Below are positions 25,373 to 41,751 of a stretch of DNA of 64,000 nt, in pieces. This DNA is from Octopus vulgaris. Lineage: Eukaryota. Both the position numbers and the translations under genes were made by a program. The stretch lies in assembly GCA_951406725.2 (NCBI GenBank), contig OX597823.1:74152001-74216000 (forward strand). The letters run 5' to 3'. Under the pieces are notes generated by a model, which searched no databases, was not told the origin of the DNA, and saw only the letters and a program-made list of their open reading frames with translations. Numbering within the stretch: position 1 is the stretch's first letter; every line of letters begins with the position of its first letter.

Positions 25373-26528
25373 CCTCTCTCAAACACATGCATATACATTT
25401 GCACAAGCACATAGTAATTAATATATAAGCGTACACACACATACAAACGGACATATACATGCACACACATACGCACACAAGCATACATACACGTTCGTGT
25501 TTTGCCACTTGCCGCAACAAATTTGCACAAAAGGTAAATAAACCAGAAGGAGTGGGGTCAATGTTTCATCGTTTCGGGGTCGATAAATTAAGTACCAATT
25601 ACGAACTGGTGTCGAGGATTTTTTTCCCAATTTATATCACAGCTTCCGACAAGCTTTTATGAAAAAATATTTAGCAAATTTTTACAATACTACTCACACT
25701 CCACGCGCAAACTCGAGACCGATTTAGGCATATTATTGTTTTGTTTTTGTTGTTTCTGGCCCTTCAAAACCATAGGAGAAGCCTTTTCGGTAAAAAAAAA
25801 TAAAGAAAATATTCAAAAAATATCGTTAATATTTTTATTGGGCGACGAAATTCATCGATTTAAGAGATATAGCTGTTATTTCTAGCACATGTAGAAGACA
25901 GAAGAAGAGACAAGGATGAATAAGACGTGTGCGTGTGAGTTTCTCGACGCAGTAAATGATTTGAGCTCGAATGCTGCGATTTCATTGGTTAAAATTCGTA
26001 AATTAAACTACGTTTAAGTTACGAATTACAATTTTGTTTTCAATTTTGTTTACAATAATGTTTTCTTTTGACACATTCTACCAGTATACGAAGTTTCAAA
26101 TTGTTTAGTTAACTAGAAAATTCTGTCTATCAAACAGAAAAGATCCAAATTGGACGAAGACTTATTTCACAGGTTCGAGAAAGCAACACTATTAGAGGAA
26201 GATAGAGCATATATATTACTAAGGAAGTAAAACTAACAAGACTGTTTTTCCAGTATGACACATTACCGAACGTGGTTTTGTTCGACAATTCGTTGGAATA
26301 CATGCGGGATATGTAAAACTGTATAAAAAGACTGATTAAATCTGGATTACTTGGAACAGGAAAATGGAATTGCCTGCTTTATGGGGTAGGTAAACCATTT
26401 CATTTTCATTACATTATTCATTTTTCATATTTGCATACGTCTTTTTACGGACCCCACATTTTGTGTTGTCTGTCCTTGTGATATCCTCTCTATTTCGATG
26501 TTTTATGCCTATAATAAAGAGAAAAAAC
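23888..26528 (+). mobile_element. ORF1-only element, unit 3 (divergent subfamily), interrupted by a TIR element
   Basis: MEVGSYAAVAGKSLSADILQ..., RQGRKYGTVEVRF, ILPSYCGKRVARVRIG, and GHMQAKCP near 24685; 3' end similar to unit 2. Confidence 0.72.
25091..26146. mobile_element. Non-autonomous DNA transposon with ~150-bp TIRs
   Basis: tttctgtttgatagacggaattttctagttaactaaa... (25091-25243) mirrors 25977-26141; AAAT on both sides (25087-25090 and 26147-26150). Confidence 0.85.
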
Positions 26529-26749
26529 GTCATGTAGAGCAAGCCGGAGCCCTCCGTACACTAGACGTCGAGTTCTGTTGGGTCGAGTCGTCGGGAATGA
26601 TTTTGGTAGTTGAGTAGAGGTACGCTATTGGGAAAGCCCGCCATCTGAACGTGCGATATAACAAACGGTCAGTGATACTAATTTATATTGACCTAAATAA
26701 GGTTACTCTTACTATAAATAACATTATAACAATGTTGTATTTTAGTGTC

Positions 26750-27530
26750 CAAAGGGCCATTCTGACTTTACGTATAGCTACAAATCTGAGCATTGAAGAG
26801 TCCGCTATCCAAGCGATGACATATGTTGATGATAGGCAAGTCTGGTGGGATTTCATTGAACATGACGGCCATGTACAAAGAGAAACAGATTGGTGCCAAG
26901 ACACATTCTTGCTTGAGACACCCATTGATGGGAAACGGGTCAGTGGGGGCATTTTGATAGCATACCCTACCCACCGTGCCGTCGTGAAGGGAGCGGACCA
27001 GGCAATGAAGTCCTCCGGACATCCAAACCAAGCGGGTACGGCCCACACTGCAGAACGGGAACGGGGGACATTTTTTTAGATCCCAGAAGATGAATATTGC
27101 AGGCTGTTATTCTAGGCACTTCTGGAGCTGACGGGCACGAAAGATCATTTCGATTGTGCCTCAAGCGGGTTGAAAGCCACACTGAGAGAACGTCTTCCAC
27201 GAAGATGACGAGGCGATTGAGTAGGATACAGGTGAAGATCTTACTTGCAATATTCGGGTGTGAGATGCCCCGATTGTTGTTGCAATCCCTTCGGTCTCCC
27301 TGCTTCTAGATGATGATGATAGTTGCTTCGCGTAAGTCGTTCTGGAGGGTCTTGCTTTCCCAGATATTGAGGATAAGGAGCATCAGATGATTTCTCAGCT
27401 CAAGACCTCCGTGCGTGAAAAACCCAAACGGGATGTTATCTGGTCCTGGAGCTTTGCTCAGCTTCATGCATTCGAATGCCTTGTTGAACTAGTGGAGCAA
27501 GGGCTGCAGGAACACCCAATGGCGGATGGG
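26750..27530 (-). mobile_element. RTE-clade LINE reverse transcriptase fragment
   Basis: KAPGPDNIP, GDRRDCNNNRGIS, QCGF, LVRSLHDG, GCLKQECVLAPICFSLY, RLDSGLFN are RTE/BovB-type RT motifs; frameshifted. Confidence 0.85.
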
Positions 27531-27839
27531 GAATTGTGTATGTATGTACGTAAATGTAAATTAGCCTAGTCTGCCTGATTGGTTATTAACAGTGGTCAAG
27601 CAAAAATTCATGAAACAGCTTCGCTTTGGTGTCTATCAGAGCCTATCAAAAGAAGTGATGATTCAATTTTCCAAATGCTACAGGGCATGAGTTCTATGTA
27701 GCATAGAATCATATCCATCTCATTCTTTCAATAAAATGTGAGACAGAAAACTTGCGATGTAGTCAATTTTGCAAGGAGCTTAAAACCATATGCTTCTATA
27801 GAATAGTTATGCATAACATTTTAAATTACATGGTATGTA

Positions 27840-28289
27840 CAGGGTATTCCAGAATTAACTATTTCAGTGAAATAGGATAATTTAAAAAAAACTTACTCTT
27901 ATTTATGTTTGTCATGTTTAATGTGTATTAAAATTGTATACACTCTTGAATTTGTTTATAATTTTTATGGTTTTTAAAAATAATTTTATTTTCGTTCCTA
28001 TTGGATTCTACTTGTCTTTCCACGAAAGCTGATTTCATTTTGACTCCAGGTAATTTTCTCCATCCCCAGGATGGAGCAATAGCGTAACTGAACTTAAGAA
28101 ACTTCTGATGTGCTTCAAAACGCATTTCGGAAAGTTATGAATAGATTTGAAATTTTCAGGGTTAAAGTTTTGACGTAAGGTTTATAAATCTATTTGTTTT
28201 GGGATTATAATTAAGAAACAAAAATTCTGTCAGTTTAAAAAATTTCTCCCGATTGCATTGAAACGAAGAGTTAATTCAGGAGCACCCTG
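27840..28289. mobile_element. Tc1/mariner-type MITE, 450 bp
   Basis: TIRs cagggtattccagaattaact and agttaattcaggagcaccctg; TA on both sides. Confidence 0.8.
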
Positions 28290-28786
28290 TATACAATAAT
28301 ATATATTATGATTTAAAATATTTTCATAGAACTGCGTTGAGTAGTACAGTAAAAATTATTCAATGAATACACATTGATAACGTGTGTAGTGTTTTGTAAT
28401 TAACGAAAAAATGTGTCTTAGGTTGTGTACATGATGGAATACGTTAATTCTTCAAGATGTTCTTTCTCTGATGAAGTATTCGGAAGATTAGAAACTAATC
28501 TGACCAGCCTCATATTTCATGCCTCCGTTTTGATAAAATATTTGGCGCAAACACATCGTTTATTTTTCATGGCAAAAATAAAAATGTATATTCACAGGAA
28601 AAAATACACTTTTCATTACATTTTATACACACTCGCACACATATACATATATGCACATACTCACAATACATTCAGGTATTTATGCATATATATGCAAACG
28701 TGTATATGTATATTTACAAGTACATATATATACTATATACATATATGTATATATATTAATATATTAACATATAGTATATAACATGT

Positions 28787-28817
<31 letters not shown>

Positions 28818-29769
28818 TAATATAAATATGTATAAATATATGTATGAGTAAAACATGTGTTGGATACGAAATAATATAACCAAATCAATGTTCTGTAATA
28901 AAATTCTTCCCAGATTCATCTGAATGCTTCCGTCATATTCACATTGACATAATGAAAACAAATTTATATTAATAATTCTACATTTTATTATCGCCTTGTT
29001 CGTTGTTCCTTGTTGTTCACTACAGTTATAGTTTGGCATCATTATAGGTTTGATAGATTAGGTTTCTGTTATGATTAACTTTGACAGCAGAGAAAGCAAC
29101 AATCTCATTAATAAAGTTAATAAATTGCAACTTCTTTTATTTATCTCCCTTGGTTTCGTTGTATCCTGTTTTGCTGATATGTTTCCTTTCATAAATTTAT
29201 TCTATAAGTTTTATACTTTTTCTTTACTACTCATGTCCCTCTAAATATAACTTATATAAGATTTATTAGTGAGGTAATATATACATACATGTGTGTGTGT
29301 GTGTTTGTGTATATAAATAAAATATATACATACATACACACACATATAATGTGTATATGTATAGCTTTGTTGGTGTAAATAGGAAAATAGAACTGAAAAC
29401 ATGTGTATCTACACGATTTTTTATTATTAATAATCAGCAGAAGATACAGAGTGATTCAAGGGCCGAGGGTTTCATGCGTTGGCGCTTATCAAACTAGTTT
29501 CCAATCTAGGGGGCCTGCTTTTATATAAAGGTGATAATGAAATATACCTGGATTTTTCTGAAACGAATGTATGCATTTATGCATAAGTGTGCAGGAATAT
29601 ATGAATGCTTGCAAGTATTTGTGAGTTAATAGGTAATAATGCAAACATCATTCTAAACACACGCATTTGTATATGTGTATGACTATCTATATGCGAATGC
29701 ACATCATGCAAAATACACATTAAAAATCGTGCGTACATGTATGTGAATGCATAAACATATTCTTTTATT

Positions 29770-30000
29770 CTTTTATTCATTTAATTGCTTCAGTCATTTG
29801 ACTGCGGCCATGCAGGAGTACCGCGTTTAGTCGGACAAATCGACACCAGGATTTATACTTTGTAAGTCCAGTACTTATTGTATCGGAATCTTTTGCTGAA
29901 CCGCTTAGTCACTGTGACATGAATACACCAATATCTGTTGCCAAGCGATAGTGGGTGGGGTGGGGGCAAAGACACAAATGCATACATACATACATTCTTA
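29770..30000 (-). mobile_element. Family-B SINE, 3' half
   Basis: ttcagtcatttgactgcggccatgcaggagtaccgc...gaaccgcttag...aagcgatagtg. Confidence 0.8.
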
Positions 30001-30125
30001 CAAACATACATAGACACATACTTACATGCATACGAACATATATGTTCGTATGCCACTCCTGCGCATATAAATAATATAGGTGCATATGTATGTATATAAA
30101 TTATATATGGAAATGTGTGTGTGTT

Positions 30126-30181
<56 letters not shown>

Positions 30182-30535
30182 AGCTAATGTAATGTTGCAT
30201 GGATACTCGTGTTGTTTTTAAACATGAGTGCATCTGTGTATATGCAACGATACGTACGCATATATGTATGTACATCTATACCTATACCTATTTATTTCCA
30301 CGTTCACGTGCATATGTAGAAATTCATAATCATGCTTTATGTGCGTCGTATGCATGCCTAAATTTAAGTGCATCGTGTGTGTATGTTCACATATGTGTAT
30401 GTGCGTCTGTCTATGTATATGTCTATATATATGTATCGGTATGTAATTGAGTATAGATATGTGCATGTATATATATATGTGTATGTGTAAGTATGTATGT
30501 CTAATATTATGTCTATATATAAGTGTGTGCACACG

Positions 30536-31030
30536 TACGCATTCTGATCAATAAGTATCCGGAGTGTTGCCATAGTAACGAAGCTAAAGCACGCAGAGTA
30601 AAGCCACAGCCAAAGACTGACCTCGAGTTTCGCTTTGCATGCGAACTAAGTTTTAAATGTTCTAGCTCACTTCCGCTGTTTACAGCAATGCTTGGAAGGA
30701 AGATGTGTAGCATGTGATTTGGCCATTACAAAGTTGTCATAGTAATACCTGCTCAAAGGCCTGTGCAAAGTTGCAGAAAGTGTCTGCAGAATATATATGA
30801 GCCGCACAGAATTATACGAGTGATTTAGACGTTTCCAAGACGGTCGATAAAATGTCGATATTGATTAACGTTCTGAGAGACTCGTAATCAGCAGAACTGA
30901 GAGAGACATCTCAGTTGTGCGTGCAGTTGTGAGGGGAAATCGTCGAATCCCCATACGTGAGTTATTAGAGGATGTGCAGATTAGTTACGGTTCAGTTCAA
31001 TCCATTATCACTGTTTCTGCACGTCTCTTC
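30536..31030 (+). mobile_element. Decayed mariner N-terminal (HTH) relic
   Basis: YE*FRRFQDGR...VRAVVRGNRRIPIRELLEDVQISYGSVQSII resembles mariner HTH domains. Confidence 0.65.
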
Positions 31031-31283
31031 GTGTCGATAAACCAAAGACCTGGTGACGACCAGCTTGATCAAATCTCATTCAGAAATGAGTTGAGAAGAA
31101 ACTTCCTTGAAATGTTGTCGGTGATGGTAAATGTCTATATAAGCCTCAGGTGTGTATTGCTATCCTTACAGCTGTGCCCTTCTGCATCGAAATTTGATAA
31201 CACCAGAATGTAGGCACGTCCACTTCACAGAAAAGGGGATGGTTAATTGGTGAGACGATTAACCTCAGCCAATACCCACTAAT

Positions 31284-31545
31284 GTGGAAACGCGTGGTTT
31301 AGTGGTTAGGGTGTTAGCATCATGATCGTAAGATTGTGGTTTCGATTCCTGGACCGGTCGGCACGTTGTGTTCTTGAGCAAACCACTTCATTTCCCGTTG
31401 CTCCAGTCCAATCAGCTGGCAAAAACGCGTAACGCTGCGACGGACTGGCGTCCCATCCAGCTGGGGAACACATACGCCATTGAAACCTGGAAACCGGGCC
31501 CATGAATCTGGCTAGGATTTAAAAGGGAGCATTTATTACTTATTT
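31284..31545 (+). mobile_element. tRNA-derived SINE (family-C-like head) with 13-bp TSD
   Basis: A box tggtttagtgg, B box ggtttcgattcc; TSD aatacccactaat at 31271-31283 and 31546-31558. Confidence 0.88.
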
Positions 31546-32340
31546 AATACCCACTAATATTGTTTCTGGATGCTATAACTTATGATACACCGAATGTTTA
31601 TCTATAAGACCAGGCTAGAAGAGATGATAAAGCAACAGACAAAAGCTATGCCGTGTTTATTTAAGTACCCTTACGTTCAGACGTAACCGTAACACAAATC
31701 TGTCAAGGAAAAACAATGTGTGATAGCTTCCAGTATATCAACACCTCTCACCTTGCTAAGTAAAGTCACGCACTGTCTTCTCTCAATAATTCAGACATCA
31801 TACTCGAGTCAAGTGATCGACGATGATATGATTGTGTATTGTAAGTATATTTTAAGAGATAAGCGACAAAGGAAATCATTCGAGACTCAGTACAAAAGAC
31901 ATCAATTCAAATAAAGTAGAGAGGTTATATTCAATGAGGGAGATGAATGAAATAACAAAGCAATGAAAAACTCAAAAGAAAGCTGATTTAATAAAAAAAA
32001 AAAAAGAAATGTCGAAGCCTTGTCAGATATTTGACAGGTTTTAAGATTTCCCCAAATATACTGTATATCTCCAGATACTTATTTTGATTTAATTCCTTTT
32101 CCTGCAGTTTTTCCTATATTTCTATCACACGCTATCACACGCACACTCACACACATACACACACAGTCACACATACACACACATTAACACACAGTCACAC
32201 ATACACACACAGTCACACATACACACGCGTATGTATACCGATTTATACATATATATATATATATATATATATATTACATATAAATTTTGTGTGTACAAAT
32301 ATATATATACACACAAATATACATACATACATATATATAT

Positions 32341-32377
<37 letters not shown>

Positions 32378-32419
32378 CATACAAATATACATATAGTGTG
32401 CGTGTGTATATATGTACAT

Positions 32420-32455
<36 letters not shown>

Positions 32456-32504
32456 TATGTATTCATATGTTCACACTCATATATATGTCCACACACATAT
32501 ATAC

Positions 32505-35670
<3,166 letters not shown>

Positions 35671-35700
35671 ATAAGGTATCATAATCATGGAGGTTATATT

Positions 35701-35917
35701 CTTTTCTACTCTAGGTACAAGGCCCGGAATTTTGGGGGAGGGGGCCAGTCGATTAGATCGACTCCAGCGCGCAACTGGTACTTAATTTATCGACCCCGAA
35801 AGGATAAAAGGCAAAGTCGACCTCGGTGGAAATTGAACTCAGAACGTAGCAGTAGACGAAATACCGCTAGGCATTTCGCCCGGCGTGCTAACGATTCTAC
35901 CAGTTCGCCGCCTTCAT
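35701..35917 (-). mobile_element. Family-A SINE with 13-bp TSD
   Basis: TSD tggaggttatatt at 35688-35700 and 35918-35930. Confidence 0.9.
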
Positions 35918-36143
35918 TGGAGGTTATATTAACTTAAGTATTAACAATGCTACATAAAAAACAACCATATTACTACAAAAGGAGGATTTAAAACTATCCT
36001 CATGCACAAAAGTCGACAAGCATTTCGTTTAGACAAGCTGTCTTAGGATATTTTTTGTCATTTTACTAGACGATGAAGGCCCCCAAAAAGTTCACGGAGA
36101 TCACCTTTTCTACTTTGCTTGTTTGAGCTGAGTAAAAAAAATA

Positions 36144-37410
36144 TTGGGTTGTCCGGGAAGTTCGTGCCGATTTTTAAAGGAAAGAAAAAGGTCAATAAAT
36201 ACTTGCCATTACGTTTTTAATCAACCAAATATGAACCATTTTGTTGTACAATACGTCTCCATCTTTCCTTTAACTTGAAAATACCCTCTTCCCAGAATTG
36301 AGGTAGTTTCATGGCAAAGAATTCATCAGGGTGTCTTTTTACGTCATCCAAGGAATTGAAAATTTTACCATTAAGACTATTCCGCAGAGACCTGAATAAG
36401 TAGAAATCCGAAGTAGCAATATCCGGGGAATATGGAGGGTGGGGTAACACATCCCAGCCGAGCTGCAGCAATTTTTGTCTGGTTCCCAAAGAAACTTGCG
36501 GTCTTGCATTATCATGTTGGAAAACAACAACCTTCCTGTTGGCCAATTCTGGACGTTTCTCTTGAATTGCTGCTTTTAACTCCAGTTGTGTGCAGTATTT
36601 CTCAGAACTAATGGTCTGGTTACTTAGGGGAAACTCATAGTACAGAATTCCTTTCCAATCCCACCAGACACAAAGCAAGACTTTTTTAGGATGAAGACCC
36701 GCTTTTGGGGTGGATAAAGGTGACTCATGTCACTTACTCCAGGATCGCTTTCTCTGAACATTTCGGTAGATAATCCATTTCTCATCACCTGTCACAATTT
36801 GCTTTAAAAAAAAGCGCGTTTTCATTACGTTTATAAAGCGAATCACAGATGGAAATGCGATCCAAAAGGTTCTTCTCACTCAACTCATGTGGTACCCAAA
36901 CATCGTAGCGATTTGTGTACCCAAGCTTTACCAGGGTCTCATGAAAGACGGATTTTGATAGGTTGAGGCTTTCTGCCAATTCTCGGGTTGTGCAATGTGG
37001 GTTATTCTAAATTAATGACTTGATTTGGTCATCATCTTTAGTGGATCGCTCTTTATCAATAAGGCTACAATCTCCAGCTCGGAACCTTCCGTACTTCCGT
37101 ACAGTTATTTCGGGTAAAGAAACATCGCCATAAATTGCGCATATTTCTTTGGTTGCTTGTGAGGCATTTTACCCTTTACGGAAAAAGAAAAGCATCAAGT
37201 GCCGAAAATGAACTTTCTTATCTTCCATTTTAAAAGGTTACAGAATTAATACAAGTTATAGGAACATAAACCTTCTTCCAGGAAAAGATAGCTTAAACTG
37301 TGCTCTAAATGGAGGTGTAGTCAAATCCTATTTTATGGACGCAACCATGTTCTAAAATAAGTTGAAAGGTAAGCTACTATATATCGGCACGAACTTTCCG
37401 GACAACACAT
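36144..37410 (-). mobile_element. Full-length mariner (DD34D) transposon, 1267 bp, inactive
   Basis: TIRs ttgggttgtccgggaagttcgtgccgat and atcggcacgaactttccggacaacacat with TA flanks. Confidence 0.95.
36217..37228 (-). pseudogene. Mariner transposase pseudogene
   Basis: MEDKKVHFRHLM..., WVPHEL, TGDEKW, HDNARP, HPPYSPDIATSDFYLF; in-frame stops and frameshifts. Confidence 0.93.
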
Positions 37411-38369
37411 TATAATTAACGAAAACAGAACCTCTCTCAGAGATTCGATATCTTCTGTTTTCCATAACTCTTAGCCGCATTAACAAATATAATGGTGTGA
37501 TCAAATGAAACCATACCTTCGAAATGAATGATGCAAAAGTATTTACAAGGGAATATCTAGTTGGAAAACCTACTAAAAGTGGTTCATAAAATCAACTAGG
37601 ATATAAAACTGTACAGTGGTCTAGTCAAATGTGACAAAGCTACTATAATTTGGGCGAGTTAAATAAAATTAAGATCATTAAATTAGAAGATAAAGACTGT
37701 AGTTTATAAACGGAATGGCTTTACATCCCAAATTGCATTTACTCGTGTAGAATTTTTGTCTTTTAGTTAGAGAGGACAAGAAGGTTGAGAGACAAAGTTT
37801 TACAAGGTGAAATGGAATGAAGATTGGCAGGAAGAGATAAATGCAGAGGGGGATAAATGAAGAAAGAACAAAGAAGGGAAGTTAGAGAAAGAGAGGAAAA
37901 TGACGGAAGACATGAGAAAGACAGTAACAACAGTGTGTAGATGTGTGTGTGGGAGAGAAATCTCTTTTATATACAAGCATACACTAAAACGCTCTTATAC
38001 ACACAACCACATGGAGGCCCGTGCACCACATATATACACACAAATGCACATATATATATATATTACATCATATATATTACATCATATATAATTATGGAGC
38101 AACAATAACACTTTGAAATATTTCACTTTGAGATTTAGTGTTTTCGAGAAAATCTAAGACACACAGACCACCACACACATAAACACGCACACACGCATAC
38201 ACACACTTGCGCACGCACACACGAACACACAGAATAATATACACATACATATTAAGGCACATACATATACTCACAGGTATACATATTTATTCAAGTACAG
38301 ACACGTATATGAAACATTAAAATCTCAAAAGTAAACGAAAATATCACATGACAGAAAAATTGACCTTTC

Positions 38370-38443
<74 letters not shown>

Positions 38444-38532
38444 AGGAGATTTCATGGAAAGAACAAATGACGAAGATAGGTGGTGTAGAAAACAAACATG
38501 TACTAGTATAATGCTTGGGAATTGAAAAAAAT

Positions 38533-38568
38533 CTTTAACGTTTCGAGGCTACGCTCTTCCACAGAAAG
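38533..38568 (-). ncRNA. Minimal hammerhead-like motif (variant core CUGUGGA)
   Basis: cttt-CTGTGGA-a-gag(cgtagc)ctc-GAAACGTT-aaag; stems I and II pair; close to a long (TA)n. Confidence 0.5.
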
Positions 38569-39049
38569 GAACACAGAAAGAAACAAAGAGAGAAAAAAAT
38601 GTGTGCAGTCGCAAGCGATATTTCTTTTTTTGTTCTGATATAAAAAAAACAAAAAACTATATAAATATACATATATACACGCTTTGATAATTCTTATCTA
38701 ACCGCTAAATTTTCAAATGCCGCTTTGTACTAAAGCAATCTAGGCTCTGAAAACAAGTTACACTGTGAACAACTGCTAAGTACAGATGTCAGACACTATT
38801 GGAAGGAGACACCCAAACTGAAGCTACACGACACGTGGTACTAGGACAGTCTATTCTACAGTATAAAGAGACGCTAGATTCCAGTAACGTTTCTATTCAA
38901 ATATTTTGTAAATGTTAATGTACAATGTCAATGTATTGAAGAGATTCGCCTTTGGGAAGGAGCATTTTGAAGTCAAAATATGTATCGTATTTTACAAGCA
39001 ATGGATTATTGTCTGGAAGTGTAAGAGTTAAAAGCCTCTCATTTGGCTG

Positions 39050-39700
39050 ATAATATTATGCGCTGACGTTTCAGCTGAAAAGAGGAATGTATGCATCTTC
39101 TTATTGATCCTAAGCTTTGTTCATTCCAACAATGATATTAACTCTCAATGTAATATTTATAATCAAAACAATAGAGTCACCGTGAGGTCAATGCCTGATT
39201 TATGATGTTAAGGACAGTTTCGGCTTCAATGCCTGCTGCAATACGATTGACTCGGAGTCCAACACCAGTAACAACACTCATTAAGTGGGGCCGTCTAGTG
39301 GCAATTAATTAACTTTAGTAGTTGCGAATTACTGCGCAAGCATTGGTTTATGTCTTTCTAAATAACGTACTATTTGAAACTGTAGCATGTGGTCTGTTCA
39401 TTAGCCGTAAATATATCTTTACATTCGAGACCAATATGACAGTTTGTTAATCTTGAATATCATTCGAAGGTGATTGGTACCAATTCCAAACAATTGACAA
39501 TATACGACCGAGTGTTATATCTAAATACATTTTGGCATTCAATCCATATTTGAAAGTCAATTCACGGGTAGATTAATCTTAGTGGAATGTTTGAAAGATG
39601 TTGGATATTCGCGGTTGTGCCAAAATAAAGGCGTTAATTTTGTATCATCAGTAGCATGTGGTGCAAGAGAAACAGTCAATAGTTATAGTTTATCATGGTC
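39050..39700 (-). pseudogene. Very old pogo/Tigger-like transposase relic
   Basis: LLTVSL...TDDTKLTPL...LPVN* resembles the clearer relic at 42700-43200. Confidence 0.4.
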
Positions 39701-39929
39701 GAATATGAACTGACGAATCCACTAATTTCTAAAAGATATATTGCAAGCACTTACAGTAGTAATCAATGGTAAGCTTACTGGAATTGAGGATAATTTTGTT
39801 TCATTAAATTCCTGTGTTTAGTACCTCCGTCTAACTGTTGCACAATAGAGCTTTACATACGAAAAAATATATGTCTTGATGGCTTTATAAATGCTTGGGG
39901 CTCGCAGAAATACACTATTTAGAAATAGA

Positions 39930-40135
39930 AAGATGGCGAGCTGTCAAAATCAGTAGCACGCCTGGCATATCGTACAGTCTAATGTTCTGAATCCAAGTTC
40001 CACCGAGACCGATTTGTCTTTCAACCTATCGGGGGCGATAAAACAAGTACTACGTAAGCAGTAACGTCGATAAAATCGACTTCGCTTCTCCACCGTAATT
40101 ACCGGCCTTGTGTCAAAATTTGAAGCTAATATTTA
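39930..40135 (+). mobile_element. Diverged family-A SINE
   Basis: aagatggcgagctgtcaaaatcagtagcacgcctggc...ggccttgtgtcaaaatttgaa. Confidence 0.75.
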
Positions 40136-40524
40136 GAAACATACTAGAAGAGCATGCGAAGGATTGAACTCAAAGCATTACTAGTAGTATACTAATATTA
40201 TAAATCCTCAATGATTTGCTCTTAGCTCTGTGCTAGTATTGTGTCTGGAAGCATACATTTCGTTCTCAGTCTTTGTGTTAGCTATATTTTCATGGAGGAA
40301 TTGCAGTTATACCTTAGTTTTATTATGGAAATCATTTCATATTAACTGCCTAGTTTATGATCGAAGCAAGAAATAAACAATTCATAAATTTATGATGTAC
40401 ACAGTGACAGAGTCGTAAACATATAAACGCATACAGCAACATTCCAACCTTCAGAGTAAGTTGAGGATAACAACACCGTCTTTACACACACGCACATCTA
40501 TGCATACGTATGTACTTATTATTC

Positions 40525-40593
<69 letters not shown>

Positions 40594-40835
40594 TACATAT
40601 ATACATACATATATATACACACACACATCTATAGGGGGAATGTATGTATTTATGAATCAGAAGAGACTGAAGGGTTTTACATATATGTTCTGGGAACCTC
40701 GTGATTGTGCATTCAAATTCTGTTGTAGTGATACTACCTTTAGGCCTTACAGTGTTGTTCTGCTTCAACGACACTCACGTTGTGAAATCGATAAAAGAGA
40801 GTACAATAACCTGACCTGCAATGAGGTGTTCAATA

Positions 40836-40870
40836 TCCAACGTTTCGGACACACTCCTTCTTCAGGGGAA
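40836..40870 (-). ncRNA. Minimal hammerhead-like motif
   Basis: ccc-CTGAAGA-a-gga(gtgtg)tcc-GAAACGTT-gga; core and stem II are good, stem I is weak. Confidence 0.5.
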
Positions 40871-41751
40871 GAGTTGAAAAAAGTGAAATTAATGAAGGAT
40901 ATAAGAGTTTTATAGAGAAGGCGATGAATGTAATATCACTTAAACGTCTTGAGTCTGTTGTAAACCGTATAGCCATCCTTACTACTACACAAAAGACTAT
41001 ATTACGACTCTAGTCGTCCAAATAAGAAGTCATAAATGAACATGCTAGAATTCCTTGTGCCAGTGATCTATCAATGGATATCTGTGAATGTGCGTATGTA
41101 CACACACAGACACGCACACACACGCACACACACGCACACACACACGCACGCGCGCGTATGTATATAAGCAGTGTTACTGAAAATCTTGCCGTAACATAGA
41201 ATGCTATAACGCAAAATTTTTCTTTGATTGACCTTTTCTTTAAACATGGATGCATTCCGATCGGATATTTGATAAAGAAAAGAAAGAGAGGAGTAAAACA
41301 AACTCCATTTTGTATAAGAACAACAATTTTAAACACATTATACAGTACACATACTGAAAATCATTTAAAAAGAAATACTCTAAGGAATAACTACGAATAC
41401 AATAGTATCGTAGGGCCGTGAGTACTCAACCAACAAGATACAGATTCTGCTTGGAGAGAAGTGATGAAATGGAAAGTACATTGAGAAAGTTAAACACTCT
41501 CCTGTGCCCTGTCAATCGTCACCTGCTTTAAGGGTAAAGGATTCGTCAAAAGATTAGAAAATTACTATTTTAAGATCTCACAGCGAGAGATATTCAGCAA
41601 CAGTACTTTGGAGTAAAGATTGTTCGCCAACAAAAGGACAGAGATCGTGTCGTATAGCCAGTTGGAGACGATGTCTCCTGGGGCTAAATTGCAGCAAAAT
41701 TCGTCCTAAACCAGTGCTGCCCTGTTATGTTGACAAACAATCTTTATTGTC

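Noticed and set aside
28860-29200. ORF MMPNYNCSEQQ... as a host exon
   Set aside because: No clear splice signals; more likely a decayed Penelope-type remnant, too degraded to call.
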